DNA of 64,000 nt from Mytilus edulis (lineage: Eukaryota): assembly GCF_963676685.1 (NCBI RefSeq), contig NC_092350.1, positions 18,600,001 through 18,664,000 of the forward strand, in the 5' to 3' direction. Below are positions 22,901-35,126 of the stretch, piece after piece (the stretch's first letter is position 1; each line of letters opens with the position of its first letter). The position numbers and the translations under genes were made by a program. The notes under the pieces were generated by a model. The model saw nothing but the letters and a program-made list of their open reading frames with translations, searched no databases and had not been told where the DNA came from.

Positions 22901-24598
22901 GAAACAGGCGCTTCTTTTGCGCTAGGTATCGAAGGGCGCTATGTTCAAAAATCTGAAACTAGAGCTCAAAATTTGAAAAAAATGTCAAAAAATTAAGGGG
23001 GTCGGCCTAATTTAGGACTTCTAGAGTAAAATAATGAGGGGTGTCACGGGGTATGACTATATAGGTCTTGTAGAGGAGAAACAGGCGCTTCTTATGCGCT
23101 AGGTATCGAAGGGCGCTATGTTCAAAAATCTGAAACTAGAGCTCAAAATTTGAAAAAAATGTCAAAAAATTAGGGGGGTCGGCCTATTCCAGGGCTTCTA
23201 GAGAAAAATAATGAGGGTTGTCACGTGGAATGACTATATAGGTCTTGTAGAGGAGAAACAGGCGATTCTTTTGCGCTAGTTATCGAAGGGCGCTATGTTC
23301 AAAAATCTGAAACTAGAGCTCAAAATTTGAACAAAATGTCAAAAAATTAGGGGGGTCGGCCTATTCTAGGACTTCTAGAGAAAAATAATGAGAGGTGTCA
23401 CGGGGAATGACTATAAAGGTCTTGTAGAGGATAAACAGGCGCTTCTTTTGCGCTAGGTATCGTAGGGCGCTATTTTCAAAAATCTGAAACTAGAGCTCAA
23501 AATTCGAAAAAAATGTCCAAAAAATTGGGGTAAGGTGTGCCTATTCCCGGAGTTCTAGAGAAAAATAATGAGGGGTGTCACGGCGTATGACTATATAGGT
23601 CTTGTAGAGGAGAAACAGGCGCTGCTTTGGCACTAGGTATCGATGGGCGCTATGTTCAAAAATCTGAAACTAGAGCTCAAAATTTGAAAAAAATGTCAAA
23701 AAATTAGGGGGTCGGCCTATTCCAGGGCTTCTAGAGAAAAATAATGAGGGGTGTCACGGGGAATGCCTATATAGGTCTTGTAGAGGAGAAACAGGCGCTT
23801 CTTTTGCACTAGCTATCGAAGGGCGCTATGTCAAAAATCTGAAACTAGAGCTCAAAATTCGAAAAAAAATGTCCAAAAAATGGGTGTAGGGTCGGCCTAT
23901 TCCAGGAGTTCTAGAGAAAAATAATGAGGGGTGTCACGGGGTATGACTATATAGGTCTTGTAGAAGAGAAACAGGTGCTTCTTTTGCGCTAGGTATCAAA
24001 GGGTGCTATGTTCAAAAATCTGAAACTAGAGCTCAAAATTTGAAAAAAATGTCAAAAAATTAGGGGGGTCGGCCTATTCCAGGGCTTCTAGAGAAAAATA
24101 ATGAGGGATGTCACGGGGTATGACTATATAGGTCTTGTAGAGGAGAAACAGGCGCTTCTTTTGCGCTAGGTATCGAAGGGCGCTATTTCAGAAATCTGAA
24201 ACTAGAGCTCAAAATTTGAAAAAAATGTAAAAAAATTAGGGGGGTCGGCCTTTTCTAGGACTTCTAGAGAAAAATAATGAGGAATGTCACAGGAAATGAC
24301 TATATAGGTCTTGTAGAGGAGAAACAGGCGCTTCTTTTGCGCTAGTGTCGAAGGGCGCTATGTTCAAAAATCTGAAACTAGAGCTCAAAATTAAAAAAAA
24401 ATGTCAAAAAATTAGGGGGTCGGCCTATTCTAGGACTTCTAGAGAAAAATAATGAGGGTTGTCACGGCGTATGACTATATAGGTCTTGTAGAGGAGGAAC
24501 AGGCGCTTCTTTTGCACTAGGTATCGAACGGTGCTATGTTCAAAAATCTGAAACTAGAGCTCAAAATTTGAACAAAATGTCAAAAAATTAGGGGGGTC
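19945..24598 (+). repeat. Satellite array, 177-181-bp monomer, about 26 copies (left arm)
   Basis: GAGCTC recurs at 20122, 20299, 20479, 20656, 20833, 21010, 21191 and onward; monomers also carry TCTAGA. Confidence 0.98.
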
Positions 24599-25095
24599 AC
24601 CCAGCAGCGGCATAACAAAAAAAAACTCATCATAAATACCAGACGCGAGTTTCGTCTACAAAAGACTCATTAGTGACGCTCGAATCAAAATAATGGTTGA
24701 AAGGCCAAAATAAAGGACGAAGTTGAAGATCATTGAGAACCAAACATTCCTAGCAGTTTTGCCAAATACAGGTAAGACAGTTTATTCCTGGTGTAGAAAA
24801 ACCTTAGTTTTTTTCAAAAATTCAAAGCGGTGTTAATTTATAAGATTATATTAATGATAAGCCAAGTCAACACACAAGTGCCAACTACTGGGATGGTGAT
24901 ACCCTCGGGGAAATAAATCTTTACCAGCAGTGGCATCGACTCAGAGGTTGCATTTTAAGTTTTAACTCATCATAGATACCAGTATTTTAATTTTATATTT
25001 ACGCCAGACGCGCGTTTCGTCTACAATATATCAGTGAATGTCCTGTGAAGGGAAAACAGGCGCATCGTTTGCGTAAGACTTCAAAAGGTGCTATG
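24598..25095 (+). repeat. Left inner inverted-repeat domain (dispersed repeat plus degenerate satellite monomer)
   Basis: Reverse complement of ~28610-29097. Confidence 0.9.
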
Positions 25096-25249
25096 TTCAA
25101 TTTTGTCGAAAGGAACTAAAAAAAAATAAAAACTGAACTGTCAGACAAGAACGCGAAAACAAAAAAAAAACCACCAACATATCAGAGTCAGTAAAAACTA
25201 ATTTTCAAAATCTTGTCATATAAAGTCATAATTTCCCCATCCGAATAAC

Positions 25250-25803
25250 ATGATAAAAGAGTTTGTAAAATGTGTTATGTAAATACTGATAAAAAGAATG
25301 CTGATTACTGGCTGATTTTCTTTTTCAAGGGTATGTCGAAAAGAAAACGACGAAGATGAAAGAACTTTAGTGCGAATACCAGCTGGTATATAACCTAAAG
25401 TTCCATATACACTTACATACTTAATAGACAGTCTACTTTTTATTCTTTCAAAAGTTTTTTTCATATCGGAGGTTTTGTACCAGATAACCAAAATCAGCAA
25501 AGAATACTGCATTGTTAAAAAAGTATGATAGTAAAACTACAAACAGACCAGTTATCTTTATCAATGACAATACAAGCGCCACAACCTTAAAGACGGTATA
25601 AGTACCCTCGTCCACGTGCGGGTGTTGTCTGATAAAAATAGATGTACATGTATACACATGGAAAAAAGTATTTTGTAAAATGTGTTATGTAAATACTGAT
25701 AAAAAATGCTGATTACTGGCTGATTTTCTTTTTCAAGGGTATGTCGAAAAGAAAACGACGAAGATAAAAAACTTTAGTGCGATTGCCAACTGGTATATAA
25801 CCA
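25250..25803. repeat. ~145-bp direct repeat (25250-25395 and 25657-25803)
   Basis: tttgtaaaatgtgttatgtaaatactgataaaaa...tggtatataacc occurs twice, ~410 bp apart. Confidence 0.9.
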
Positions 25804-26039
25804 AATTGGAATTGAAATTAAAAAAACACTCTTTATTTTTTTATGATATAATTTGTTAAAATAGAACTAGTTAAACACTATTTAAATATCACCTGAGTTT
25901 GATCAATAATTATCGACTCGATAAGTTCTTATCTGCACATGCAGCTACTGTACCCGTACACAGCAAAACATGTGTTTTTATCCTCATTGTTTTCAACACT
26001 TTAAATAACCAAGTTTATAAAGTTATGTGATTGACACCT

Positions 26040-26750
26040 TGAAATAGGTCCTCCACAACTCTTAACCGCAGCAAGATGGTAGATTATCAGCATGAGAGAG
26101 GCAGGAATGTCGCTGTGACAATTGCACGTATTGTCGTTCAGCACTTTTCCACTATTAGTCGTTTAGAGAATAAAAATCAGGCAATACACGATATAAAACA
26201 CTATCCGAGACCAAAAAGACCCCCTATGCCACCTGCTATGGAAAATCAAGCATGATGAAGCTTAGTCAGAAAGAAACCCATTGCATACAATACAATCCTG
26301 AAAAGAGAGGGGTGGGCATACAGGAGCCTTTTAACAATAATTGTTCGAGATTGAATCATCCCTTCTGGTTATTGTGCGATAAGACCATTTCAGGGACGTT
26401 TGCTTACGAACAGACACACAGTTATCCGTATTCAATGTAGTGCAGAGCTCGCCAAAATTGGAAATAAGCATCGTGGAGGATGATCCATTGTTCAAATGGA
26501 ATTCTGTTTATCTTCCTTGGTCCAATCATAGCCCGGATTTGAACCATATCAAGGATGTATGGGACACTATTGGGCGTAATTTGCACAAAAGGACACCCCA
26601 GTCCAAACACGTGATGAAATAAACAATGCCCTTCATCAGAAATGGTTGCTGCTACCTAAGCAACAAATTAGTCGATTTATGGCAGAAATCATAAGACGTT
26701 AAGTGGCGGTTGACCGTTTAAATGGAGACTGCGCACGAAGTGCTATTTCT
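26040..26750 (+). pseudogene. Decayed Tc1/mariner transposase, copy 1 (internally deleted)
   Basis: HTH-like N-terminal remnant (MREAGMSL) and LPWSNHSPDLNHIKDVWDTIGR, matching the Tc1 WPxxSPDLNPIE.W motif; frameshifts and stops. Confidence 0.8.
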
Positions 26751-27429
26751 TTGGCGTATAACGATTAACCATGATGTGAACAATCATCTTAAGATTAATT
26801 TTGAAATGTCTGACATTGTAAAGTTCGACTACAGTAAAAGTTGTAAAATGCAGTTTTTTGTACAAAAAAACACCTCATTTTGTTTTTAGAATTGTGGTTA
26901 GATAAATATTTTTTTTTTCAAACATTTTTTGTTCGTTAAAATGCCAATGTTTTCATAAACTATGTTTCAATATTATTTTACAAATATTTTATCATATTCC
27001 ATCCAAAATAAAGGCTGATTATTCAAGTTTTAAAAAATCAATATTTTGCAATACTTTTTTCCATGTGTATATATAAAAAAAGAAACATTACTTTGCTTTT
27101 TAAGTAAAATATATTTAATATATTGGTTTGTAATATTTTCACGATTAATAAAGGCAACAGTAGTATACCGCTGTTCAAAACTCATAAATCCATGGACAAA
27201 AACAAAATCGGGGTAACAAACTAAAACCGAGGGAAACGCATTAAATATAAGAGGAGAACAACGACACAACACCGAAACGCAACACACACAGAAACGGACC
27301 AAGCAAAACTAATGACCTGAATAATCTATTCATGATCATTTAGTATTTTCTTTTAAATTCGAAGATAACTTTACGCCATTTTCCGATTTCAAACAAATAC
27401 GCATTTTTTCAACCATTTACCTTTATAGA

Positions 27430-28212
27430 GATGGAACTGAGTTGTCCTTTTGATCATTAAATGTATCGAGCACTATTCAATGTCTCTAGAATGACTTTGA
27501 AAGGCGCTAAAGACTCGTCTTAGAGATACTGGTACAACATTTTAACGTCCCCGAGGTTGCAACTCACGCGAAACGAAGTTATGTGAAGATTGGCAAATCC
27601 GCATTATTTATCTCCGTAATCGATTTGAAGAAACTCATGGAAGAAACAAAAATAGGCTATATGCGCAAACAGTTTGTAACCGACTTCATCTGGGCAGCCT
27701 AAGAGCTCGTCGTTCGTTGAAGTGATCTATCCTTACGCAGAATCGAAGGATGTCGCGAGTTGAATGGAGAGGGTACGGATTCGATGACATAGACTAACAT
27801 GGAGACTAATCCTTTTTACCGCTGAATCGAAATTCAACTTGACATTTATCGATGACAGAGACATGGTCTGCCGCAGGTACAAGGCATGCTTTTTGATGCG
27901 TGCGTACAGGAAACAAATTGGCTTTAGGGTGGCGAATTAATGGTATGGGATGGATAACCTACCAGGAACGCCCCGATCTGACAATTAGTGAAGGAAACCT
28001 AAATGCAAAAAGGGAATAGGAACGAAATTCTGGCTCCACTAGTTCTCCCGTTTCTCCGAAGGCATCGTTAAACTACATTTTAAACAGAAAACGCCCGTTG
28101 TAAACACATTTTAATGAATTTTGGAGAATAATCGCATTCGAGTGTTGTCGTGGCCAGTATTGTCTTCAGATTATCGCCAATGGGACATCTTTGGGACGAA
28201 CTTGGACGACTC
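27430..28212 (+). pseudogene. Decayed Tc1/mariner transposase, copy 2
   Basis: Remnant motifs LFTAESKFNL (FTDES), GGELMVWDG (GGSVMVWG), NAR (QDNAxPH) and VLSWPVLSSD..PMGHLWDELGR; multiple frameshifts. Confidence 0.8.
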
Positions 28213-28219
28213 ACCAAAA

Positions 28220-28608
28220 AGATATTTTATCGTGTGTTTTTCTATGTTGTGATGTTATGCTATTGTTTCAGAAAAAGGGAGAAGGTTTGGATCCATTAAA
28301 ACGTTTAATCCCGCTGCAAATGTTTGCACCTGTCCTAAGTTAGGAATCTGATGTACAGTAGTTGTCGTTTGTTTGTGTAATATATACGTGTTTCTCGTTT
28401 CTCGTTTTGCTTATATAGATTAAACCGTTGGTTTTCCCGTTTGAATGGTTTTACACTAGTAATGTTGGGGCTCTTTATAGCTTGTTGTTCGGTGTGAGCC
28501 AAGGCTCCGTGTTGAAGGCCGTACTTTAACCTATAATGGTTTACTTTTTAAATTGTTATTTGGATGGAGAGTTGTCTCATTGGCACTCACACCACATCTT
28601 CCTTTTTC
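28220..28608 (+). mobile_element. SINE-like dispersed repeat
   Basis: 3' end tggatggagagttgtctcattggcactcacaccacatcttcc is shared with ~18405-18440 and, on the reverse strand, ~7720-7770. Confidence 0.6.
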
Positions 28609-28609
28609 T

Positions 28610-29097
28610 ATAGCACCCTTTAAAGTCTTACGCAAACGATGCGCCTGTTTTCCCTTCACAGGACATTCACTGATATATTGTAGACGAAATGCGCGTCTGG
28701 CGTAAATATAAAATTTAAATACTGGTATCTATGATGAGTTAAAACTTAAAATACAACCACTGAGTCGACGCCATTGCTGGTAGAGATTTATTTCCCCGAG
28801 GGTATCACCAGCCCAGTAGTCAGCACTTGTGTTGACTTGGCTTATCATTGATATAATCTTATAAATTAACACCGTTTTAAATTTTTGAAAAAAACTAAGG
28901 TTTTTCTACACCAGGAATGCCTTACCTGTATTTTGCAAAACTACTAGGAATGTTATGTTCTCAATGTTCTTCAACTTCGTCCTTTATTTTGGCCTTTCAA
29001 TCATTATTTTGATTCGAGCGTCACTAATGAGTCTTTGTAGATAAAACGCGCGTCTGGTATTTATGATGAGTTTTTTTGTGTTATTCCGCTACTGGAT
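28610..29097 (-). repeat. Right inner inverted-repeat domain
   Basis: Reverse complement of 24598-25095. Confidence 0.9.
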
Positions 29098-32000
29098 GAC
29101 CCCCCTTATTTTTTGCCTTTTTTTTTAAATTTTGAGCTCTAGTTTCAGATTTTTGAACAAAGTGCCCTTCGATACCTAGCGCAAAAGAAGCGCCTGTTTC
29201 GCCTCTACAAGACCTATATAGTCATTCCCCGTGACACCCCTCATTATTTTTCTCTAGAAGCCCTGGAATAGGCCGACCCTCCTAATTTTTTGACATTTTT
29301 TTTCAAATTTTGAGCTCTAGTTTCAGATTTTTGAACATAGCGACCTTCGATACCTAGCGCAAAAGAAACGACTGTTTTTCTTCTACAAGACCTATATAGT
29401 CCTACCCCGTGACACCCCTCATTATTTTTCTCTAGAAGCCCTGGAATAGGCCGACCCTCCTAATTTTTTGACATTTTTTTTCAAATTTTGAGCTCTAGTT
29501 TCAGATTTTTGAACATAGCGGCCTTCGATACCTAGCGCAAAAGAAACGACTGTTTCTCTTCTACAAGACCTATATAGTCATACCCCGTGACACCCCTCAT
29601 TATTTTTCTCTAGAACTCCTGGAATAGGCCGACCCTACCCCCATTTTTTTGACATTTTTTTCGAACTTTGAGCTCTAGTTTCAGATCTTTGAACATAGCG
29701 CCCTTCGATTCCTAGTGCTAAAGAAGCGCCTGTTTCTCCTCTACAAGACCTATATAGTCATACCCCGTGACACCCCTCATTATTTTTCTCTAGAAGTCCT
29801 AGAATAGGCCGACCCCCCTATTTTTTTGACATTTTTTTCAAATTTTGAGCTCTAGTTTCAGATTTTTGAACATAGCGCCCTTTGATACCTAGCGCAAAAG
29901 AAGCGCCTGTTTCCCCTCTACAAGACCTATATAGTCATACCCCGTGACATCCCTCATTATTTTTCTCTAGAACTCCTGGAATAGGCCGACCCTACCCCCA
30001 TTTTTTGGACATTTTTTTCGAATTTTGAGCTCTAGTTTCAGATTTTTGAACATAGCGCCCTTCGATACCTAGCGCAAAAGAAGCGGCTGTTTCCCCTCTA
30101 CAAGACCTATATAGTCATACCCCGTGACATCCCTCATTATTTTTCTCTAGAACTCCTGGAAAAGGCCGACCCTACCCCCATTTTTTGGATTTTTTTTTTC
30201 GAATTTTGAGCTGTAGTTTCAGATTTTTGAACAAAGCGCCCTTCGATACCTAGTGCAAAAGAAGCGCATGTTTCTCCTCTACAAGACCTATATAGTCATA
30301 CCCCGTGACACCCTTCATTATTTTTCTCTAGAAGTCCTAGAATAGGCTGACCCCCCTAATTTTTTGACATTTTTTTCGAATTTTGAGCTTTAGTTTCAGA
30401 TTTTTGAACATAGCACCCTTCGATACCTAGTGCAAAAGAAGCGCCTGTTTCTCCTCTACAAGACCTATATAGTCATACCCCGTGACACCCCTCATTATTT
30501 TTCTCTAGAAGTCCTAGAATAGGCCGACCCCTCTAATTTTTTGACATTTTTTTCAAATTTTGAGCTCTAGTTTCAGATTTTTGAACATAGCGCCCTTCGA
30601 TACCTAGCGCAAAAGAAGCGCCTGTTTCTGCTCTACAAGACTTATATAGTCATTCCCCGTGACACCCCTCATTATTTTTCTCTAGAAGCCCTGGAATAGG
30701 CCGACCCTCCTAATTTTTTGACATTTTTTTCAAATTTTGAGCTCTAGTTTCAGATTTTTGAACATAGCGCCCTTCGATACCTAGTGCAAAAGAAGCGCCT
30801 GTTTCTCTTCTACAAGACCTATATAGTTATACCCCGTGACACCCCTCATTATTTTTCTCTAGAAGTCCTGGAAAAGGCCGACCCCCCTAATTTTTTGACA
30901 TTTTTTTCAAATTTTGAGCTCTAGTTTCAGATTTTTGAACATATCACCCTTCGATACCTAGCGCAAAAGAAGCGCCTGTTTCTCCTCCTCAAGACCTATA
31001 TAGTCATACCCCGTGACACCCCTCATTATTTTTCTCTAGAAGCCCTGGAATAGGCCGACCCCCCTAATTTTTTGACATTTTTTTCAAATTTTGAGCTCTA
31101 GTTTCAGATCTTTGAACATAGCGCCCTTCGATTCCTAGTGCTAAAGAAGCGCCTGTTTCTCCTCTACAAGACCTATATAGTCATACCCCGTGACACCCCT
31201 CATTATTTTTCTCTAGAAGTCCTAGAATAGGCCGACCCCCCTATTTTTTTGACATTTTTTTCAAATTTTGAGCTCTAGTTTCAGATTTTTGAACATAGCG
31301 CCCTTCGATACCTAGCGCAAAAGAAGCGCCTGTTTCCCCTCTACAAGACCTATATAGTCATACCCCGTGACATCCCTCATTATTTTTCTCTAGAACTCCT
31401 GGAATAGGCCGACCCTACCCCCATTTTTTGGATTTTTTTTTCGAATTTTGAGCTGTAGTTTCAGATTTTTGAACAAAGCGCCCTTCGATACATAGTGCAA
31501 AAGAAGCGCATGTTTCTCCTCTACAAGACCTATATAGTCATACCCCGTGACACCCTTCATTATTTTTCTCTAGAAGTCCTAGAATAGGCTGACCCCCCTA
31601 ATTTTTTGACATTTTTTTCGAATTTTGAGCTTTAGTTTCAGATTTTTGAACATAGCGCCCTTCGATACCTAGTGCAAAAGAAGCGCCTGTTTCCCCTCTA
31701 CAGGACCTATATAGTCATACCCCGTGACACCCCTCATTATTTTTCTCTAGAAGTCCTAGAATAGGCCGACCCCCCTAATGTTTTGACATTTTTTTCAAAT
31801 TTTGAGCTCTAGTTTCAGATTTTTGAACATAGCGCCCTTCGATACCTAGCGCAAAAGAAGCGCCTGTTTCTGCTCTACAAGACTTATATAGTCATTCCCC
31901 GTGACACCCCTCATTATTTTTCTCTAGAAGCCCTGGAATAGGCCGACCCTCCTAATTTTTTGACATTTTTTTTCAAATTTTGAGCTCTAGTTTCAGATTT

Positions 32001-32418
32001 TTGAACATAGCGCCCTTCGATACCTAGTGCAAAAGAAGCGCCTGTTTCTCTTCTACAAGACCTATATAGTTATACCCCGTGACACCCCTCATTATTTTTC
32101 TCTAGAAGTCCTGGAAAAGGCCGACCCCCCTAATTTTTTGACATTTTTTTCAAATTTTGAGCTCTAGTTTCAGATTTTTGAACATATCACCCTTCGATAC
32201 CTAGCGCAAAAGAAGCGCCTGTTTCTCCTCCTCAAGACCTATATAGTCATACCCCGTGACACCCCTCATTATTTTTCTCTAGAAGCCCTGGAATAGGCCG
32301 ACCCCCCTAATTTTTTGACATTTTTTTCAAATTTTGAGCTCTAGTTTCAGATTTTTGAACATAGCGCCCTTTGATACCTAGCGCAAAAGAAGCGCCTGTT
32401 TCTCTTCTTCAAGACCTA

Positions 32419-33147
32419 AAAAAAGACCTTCTTCAAAAAATAAAGATTGCATATTTTGGCTTTAACATTGATTCACTGATAGGGTCTTTGCATCGGAACT
32501 AAACACATTTATTTCTAAAAAAAAAAAAACAGTTGTTGGCATGACACGGGTTATGTTCTTCTCATATATTTTATGATAGTATGATACTAAACCCCTAACG
32601 GGAGGGATTGTACCTGATATTCATATGATGAAGACATAATCTTTCAATCAGTTTAATTGAGGTCTGGAGCTGGCTTGTCAGTTAACTGCTAGTAGTCTGT
32701 TGTTATTTATGTATTATTGTCATTTTATTTATTTTCTTTTGTTACATCTTTTGACATCAGACTCGGACTTCTCTTGAACTGAATTTTAATGTGCGTATTG
32801 TTATTCTTTTACTTTTCTACATTGGCTAGAGGTATAGGGGGAGGGTTGAGATCTCATAAACATGTTTAACCCCGCCGCAATTTTGCGCCTGTCCCAAGTC
32901 AGGAGCCTCTGGCCTTTGTTAGTCTTGTATGATTTTAAATTTTAGTTTCTTGTGTATAATTCGGAGTTTAGTATGACGTCCATTATCACTGTACTATTAT
33001 GCATATTTTAGGGGCCAGCTGAAGGACACCTACGGGTGCGGGAATCCTCGCTACATTGAAGACCCATTGGTTGCCTTCGGCTGTTGTTTGCTCTATGGTC
33101 GGGTGGTTGTCGCTTTGACATATTCACCATTTCCTTTCTCAATTTTA
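32419..33147 (+). mobile_element. ~730-bp SINE/non-LTR-like repeat inserted in the satellite, copy A
   Basis: Interrupts monomer aagaccta|tatagtc with a short (C)TA duplication; a diverged inverse copy lies at ~61016-61625. Confidence 0.8.
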
Positions 33148-34397
33148 CTATATAGTCATACCCCGTGACACCCCTCATTATTTTTCTCTAGAACTCCTGG
33201 AATAGGCCGACCCTACCCCCATTTTTTTGGACATTTTTTTCGAATTTTGAGCTCTAGTTTCAGATTTTTGAACATAGCGCCCTTCGATACATAGCGCAAA
33301 AGAAGCGCCTGTTTCCCGTCTACAAGACCTATATAGTCATACCCCGTGACATCCCTCATTATTTTTCTCTAGAACTCCTGGAATAGGCCGACCCTACCCC
33401 CATTTTTTGGATTTTTTTTTCGAATTTTGAGCTGTAGTTTCAGATTTTTGAACAAAGCGCCCTTCGATACATAGTGCAAAAGAAGCGCATGTTTCTCCTC
33501 TACAAGACCTATATAGTCATACCCCGTGACACCCTTCATTATTTTTCTCTAGAAGTCCTAGAATAGGCTGACCCCCCTAATTTTTTGACATTTTTTTCGA
33601 ATTTTGAGCTTTAGTTTCAGATTTTTGAACATAGCGCCCTTCGATACCTAGTGCAAAAGAAGCGCCTGTTTCCCCTCTTCAAGACCTATATAGTCATACC
33701 CCGTGACACCCCTCATTATTTTTCTCTAGAAGTCCTAGAATAGGCCGACCCCCCTAATGTTTTGACATTTTTTTCAAATTTTGAGCTCTAGTTTCAGATT
33801 TTTGAACATAGCGCCCTTCGATACCTAGCGCAAAAGAAGCGCCTGTTTCTGCTCTACAAGACTTATATAGTCATTCCCCGTGACACCCCTCATTATTTTT
33901 CTCTAGAAGCCCTGGAATAGGCCGACCCTCCTAATTTTTTGACATTTTTTTTCAAATTTTGAGCTCTAGTTTCAGATTTTTGAACATAGCGCCCTTCGAT
34001 ACCTAGTGCAAAAGAAGCGCCTGTTTCTCTTCTACAAGACCTATATAGTTATACCCCGTGACACCCCTCATTATTTTTCTCTAGAAGTCCTGGAAAAGGC
34101 CGACCCCCCTAATTTTTTGACATTTTTTTCAAATTTTGAGCTCTAGTTTCAGATTTTTGAACATATCACCCTTCGATACCTAGCGCAAAAGAAGCGCCTG
34201 TTTCTCCTCCTCAAGACCTATATAGTCATACCCCGTGACACCCCTCATTATTTTTCTCTAGAAGCCCTGGAATAGGCCGACCCCCCTAATTTTTTGACAT
34301 TTTTTTCAAATTTTGAGCTCTAGTTTCAGATTTTTGAACATAGCGCCCTTTGATACCTAGCGCAAAAGAAGCGCCTGTTTCTCTTCTTCAAGACCTA

Positions 34398-35126
34398 AAA
34401 AAAGACCTTCTTCAAAAAATAAAGATTGTATATTTTGGCTTTAACATTGATTCACTGATAGGGTCTTTGCATCGGAACTAAACACATTTATTTCTAAAAA
34501 AAAAAAAACAGTTGTTGGCATGACACGGGTTATGTTCTTCTCATATATTTTATGATAGTATGATACTAAACCCCTAACGGGAGGGATTGTACCTGATATT
34601 CATATGATGAAGACATAATCTTTCAATCAGTTTAATTGAGGTCTGGAGCTGGCTTGTCAGTTAACTGCTAGTAGTCTGTTGTTATTTATGTATTATTGTC
34701 ATTTTATTTATTTTCTTTTGTTACATCTTTTGACATCAGACTCGGACTTCTCTTGAACTGAATTTTAATGTGCGTATTGTTATTCTTTTACTTTTCTACA
34801 TTGGCTAGAGGTATAGGGGGAGGGTTGAGATCTCATAAACATGTTTAACCCCGCCGCAATTTTGCGCCTGTCCCAAGTCAGGAGCCTCTGGCCTTTGTTA
34901 GTCTTGTATGATTTTAAATTTTAGTTTCTTGTGTATAATTCGGAGTTTAGTATGACGTCCATTATCACTGTACTATTATGCATATTTTAGGGGCCAGCTG
35001 AAGGACACCTACGGGTGCGGGAATCCTCGCTACATTGAAGACCCATTGGTTGCCTTCGGCTGTTGTTTGCTCTATGGTCGGGTGGTTGTCGCTTTGACAT
35101 ATTCACCATTTCCTTTCTCAATTTTA
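34398..35126 (+). mobile_element. ~730-bp insertion, copy B (arose by 1979-bp tandem duplication)
   Basis: Virtually identical to copy A with identical junctions, offset by 1979 bp. Confidence 0.85.

Noticed and set aside
25250-25803. Miniature LTR retroelement (direct repeats reading TG...CA)
   Set aside because: Similarity extends upstream of the TG, there is no matching TSD and no primer-binding site. A local duplication explains it better.
26040-28212. Tc1 remnants as the transposase of the foldback element
   Set aside because: Tc1 makes TA TSDs and has short TIRs, whereas the element has an 8-9-bp TSD. The remnants are also heavily decayed.
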